Source: Podarcis cretensis
Lineage: Eukaryota
Assembly: GCA_951804945.1 (NCBI GenBank)
Contig: OX638161.1
Location: forward strand, 32,240,001 to 32,304,000
DNA: 64,000 nucleotides
Direction: 5' to 3'
The position numbers and the translations under genes are program-made. This document shows, in pieces, positions 60,964-64,000 of the stretch (position 1 is its first letter; every line of letters starts with the position of its first letter). Under the pieces are notes generated by a model. It was given only the letters and a program-made list of their open reading frames with translations. It searched no databases and was not told the origin of the DNA.

Positions 60964-61881
60964 CTATTTCAATCCTAAAATCTTGGACATAGCGACCTTA
61001 ATCTCCTTATTCCTCATGCTATAGATCACTGGATTCATCATGGGTGGAATCACGGAATATATGACAGCAAAGACCATATTTGTATGTGAGGAGGCATGCT
61101 GTATGGGTCTTAGGTAAACAAGTGCTCCACCAAACAGGAACATGGAGAAAACAACGAGGTGGGGAATGCAAGTTGAGAAAGCTTTTTGCCTTCCCTGTGA
61201 TGAGGGCATTCTCAGAACTGTACTGAAGATCTGGACATAGGTTACAATTATAAAAATAAAGCAGCCAAATGCTACAGCCACACTTAAGAAAAGAAGTGCA
61301 TTTTCAAGTATGTATAACTTTGAGCAGGAGATCTTTATAAGCTGAGGGACCTCACAGAAAAACTGATCAACAATATTGGAGCAGAATGTCATGGCAAAAG
61401 TGCTGCCAGTGTGCAACACAGCATAGAGAAGACCAGTGAGCCATGCACTGCCCGCCATCTGAATGCAGGCACCTTTATTCATAATTGCCTCATACCGTAG
61501 TGGATTGCAGATCGCGACATACCGATCATGTGCCATGACAGTGAGGAGGGTGTAATCTGATGCTGCAAAAAGCAGAAAGAAATAAACCTGAGTGACACAT
61601 CCAGAATAAGAAATCACCCTAGTATTTGAAAGGGAATTTGACATCGATTTGGGGATTGTGACTGAAACTGAGCCAAGATCAGTCACAGCTAAGTTCATCA
61701 GGAAGAAATACATAGGAGTGTGAAGGTGATGATCAAGAGTGACTGCAGAAATGATGAGAAGATTTCCTGTGACAGTGGCCAAATAAAAAAGCAAGAACAC
61801 AAAGAATTGTGTTATCTGTAGTTCTCGAACATTAGAAAACTCCAAGAGCAGAAACGTGTTCACAGAAGTTTGGTTAGACAT
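60964..61881 (-). CDS. Olfactory receptor, OR14-like, intact
   Basis: 305 aa; LHTPMYFFL, MAHDRYVAIC, KAFSTC, PMMNPVIYSMRN. Confidence 0.96.
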   Translation of the reverse strand: MSNQTSVNTFLLLEFSNVRELQITQFFVFLLFYLATVTGNLLIISAVTLDHHLHTPMYFFLMNLAVTDLGSVSVTIPKSMSNSLSNTRVISYSGCVTQVYFFLLFAASDYTLLTVMAHDRYVAICNPLRYEAIMNKGACIQMAGSAWLTGLLYAVLHTGSTFAMTFCSNIVDQFFCEVPQLIKISCSKLYILENALLFLSVAVAFGCFIFIIVTYVQIFSTVLRMPSSQGRQKAFSTCIPHLVVFSMFLFGGALVYLRPIQHASSHTNMVFAVIYSVIPPMMNPVIYSMRNKEIKVAMSKILGLK

Positions 61882-62469
61882 TTTTTCATCTCTGATTTAA
61901 ACTGCAAAATGCTCTATGGAAGGAAAAAAAGGAAGAAAGTTGTTAACATTATTGCATGGTCTAAAGAAGAGTTAACCTCAAGTGCTATTAATTTAAATTG
62001 AATTTAGTAATGTCCGTCAGGTGAGATTCAAAAAAGCCAGAGAGCAGAATGTGTTACAGTAGGTTTCCTATTACTATAAAGTTCTCCTCTCATATAACAA
62101 TACTAAGGAAACCATAAGTTGCTCATGTTAACTAGAATGTGTGAGATAAAGAACATACAACTGTGTCTCCTATAGATCCTGGCATACAGTATATTGTACT
62201 TTCATTAAGCTTACATTAAATATGAATTACTTGAGAGAAAAAGTCTTCATAAAGATGTAATCATTGTAACATAATACGTAATATTTATACAATAATGATA
62301 TATATGAGAACACAGAACAGAGCAGGAGTAGCTAGTATGATGGAGTTGTGCCTTGCTGCCAACTTTTTGACAGTGACATTGTTGCCACTTGCCAGCAAAA
62401 AGTGACTCTGCCAGTGAGCCCCCCCCCCCAACGGACTTCACGACTGTCCTGCCCACCTCCCCATTAGCC

Positions 62470-62618
62470 TAGTAAGCAACAGCTCAATAAAGACATCTGA
62501 AGGAAGCCCTGTTTAGGGAAGTTTTTAATGACTAATGTTTTGATGTATTTTAAATCTTTTGTTCGAAGCCGCCCAGAGTGTCTGAGGAGACCTAGCCAGA
62601 TGGGTGAGGTAGAAATAA

Positions 62619-62648
<30 letters not shown>
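62470..62648 (+). mobile_element. L2-type 3' end with (TTA)n tail
   Basis: gccctgtttagggaagtttttaatg...gccgcccagagtg...ccagatggg...aataaa(tta)n. Confidence 0.7.
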
Positions 62649-62651
<3 letters not shown>

Positions 62652-62744
62652 TGTACCACCTTTCCAAGTTAGTCATTCCTGGAATAGAAACAAAACCCAG
62701 AATGGTAGTAGTTGTAATAAGCAAAAAACTTTCTAACAATCCTT

Positions 62745-63087
62745 AAGGTAAAGAGACCCCTGACCATTAGGTCCAATAGTGACTGGCTCTGGGGTTGCGG
62801 CGCCCATCTCGCTTTATTGGCTGAAGGAGCCGGAGTTTGTCCGCAGACAGTTCTTCTGGGTAATGTGGCCAGCATGACTAAGCCACTTCTGGCAAACCAG
62901 AGCAGTGCACAGAAACACCATTTACCTTCCCGCTGGAGCAGTACCTATTTATCTACTTGCACGTTGACATACTTTCGAACTGCTAGGTTGGCAGGAGCAG
63001 GGACCGAGCAACGGAAGCTCACCCTGTCACTGAAATTCGAACTGCCGACCTTCTGATCGGCAAGTCCTAGGCTCTGTGGTTTAACCA
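62745..63087 (-). mobile_element. Sauria SINE
   Basis: aaggtaaag tail and conserved body. Confidence 0.9.
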
Positions 63088-63560
63088 GAGCTCTTATTTA
63101 CAAACACCTACTCAGAATGTCTTTCTGGGTGACTGCAAAGAAGAAGAGAAACCAGGATGATGTGAGGTTTGGTGCCAAAAGCCTCCTGAAATTTTATCTG
63201 AACCAACTCTAATATTTACTCCAAGGATGAGGCACCAGTGGCTCTCCTGTTATTGTTGTTTACCAACTCTCAGTAGCCCTAGGCAGCATAGCCAATCGAC
63301 AGGCATGATGAAACTTAAATTTTTGGAGGGACACAGGTTTCTTCTTAATCCCAGGTATGGAGTTTTACAAACTCCAAAAACATTCACCACATGCTTCCCC
63401 ACTTTTCCTTGCTAAATTTGAAAACAAACAAACAAACAGAAAAAACACCACCTTGATTTAATATAGTTTCAGTCTTTGCTTTTTTTACCCCATGCTATCA
63501 GGCTGAGCATTATTTTAGTCAGTATTTGTGGTTCTAAGAAAGAACCTGTCTTATGGTTTC

Positions 63561-63650
63561 AGTGATGTGATGTGATGTGTGTGTGTGTGTGTGTACACAC
63601 AGAGACATATACATACACAGATAGAGAGAGAGAAAGAGAGAGAGGGGGGG
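63561..63650. repeat. Compound (GTGAT)/(GT)/(GA) microsatellite
   Basis: Direct. Confidence 0.85.
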
Positions 63651-64000
63651 AATTCAGATATGACCTAGAGCCAATAATTTTGTTTTGAATCTTATTGAAA
63701 ACAATATTCTTATTTAAGAAATGTTATGTGGATTTATATATACTAACATCATACTTCTAGTTATCTTTAGGCTGAGAAGATGATCTGCTTTACTCCTCAA
63801 GTCCTAACCACACCACACCATAGACAAATGGGGAAAGAATAGTTTCATGGATGACAGAGCATGAGGCAAAACATGAAAACTTCTAATGGAATAGCTTAAA
63901 AGAATGACTTACTTTTTCATTCATAGAGTCATTTCCCCTTAGCATGAAATTCTTCTCTATGCACTCAAGAATATTGTGCTGGCAAATGCTGTAACTATAA

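Noticed and set aside
63860-64000. Promoter or first exon of OR 60964-61881
   Set aside because: A minus-strand GTAAGT (~63907-63912) exists, but there is no clear homology to the other promoters and the window ends here.

Overview
Vertebrate, AT-rich, repeat-dense DNA. Sauria SINEs, BovB, CR1 and Penelope relics point to a squamate, probably a lacertid lizard (inference). It is a chemoreceptor cluster: seven intact single-coding-exon olfactory receptor genes of OR14-like type (three on +, then four on -, converging) and two OR pseudogene fragments. At the orientation switch lies a six-exon vomeronasal type-2 receptor (V2R) gene with one frameshift in exon 4. Paralogous non-coding first exons and homeodomain + O/E (EBF) promoter modules are recognisable for several ORs. 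The intergenic DNA holds solo LTRs with TSDs, Ngaro-type tyrosine-recombinase retroelement pieces, CR1/L1/L2/BovB LINE relics, SINEs and MITEs. The most unusual items are: (1) a TSD-flanked insertion of an antisense 7SK RNA copy fused to a sense polyA-tailed 3' end, plus a second antisense 7SK relic; (2) a perfect 206-bp Penelope palindrome with a minimal hammerhead ribozyme motif on both strands; (3) a 454-bp identical gene-conversion tract between two ORs; (4) an LTR family that has captured a CR1 3' end. All alignments were made by eye, and repeat family names come from recalled motifs, not database searches.
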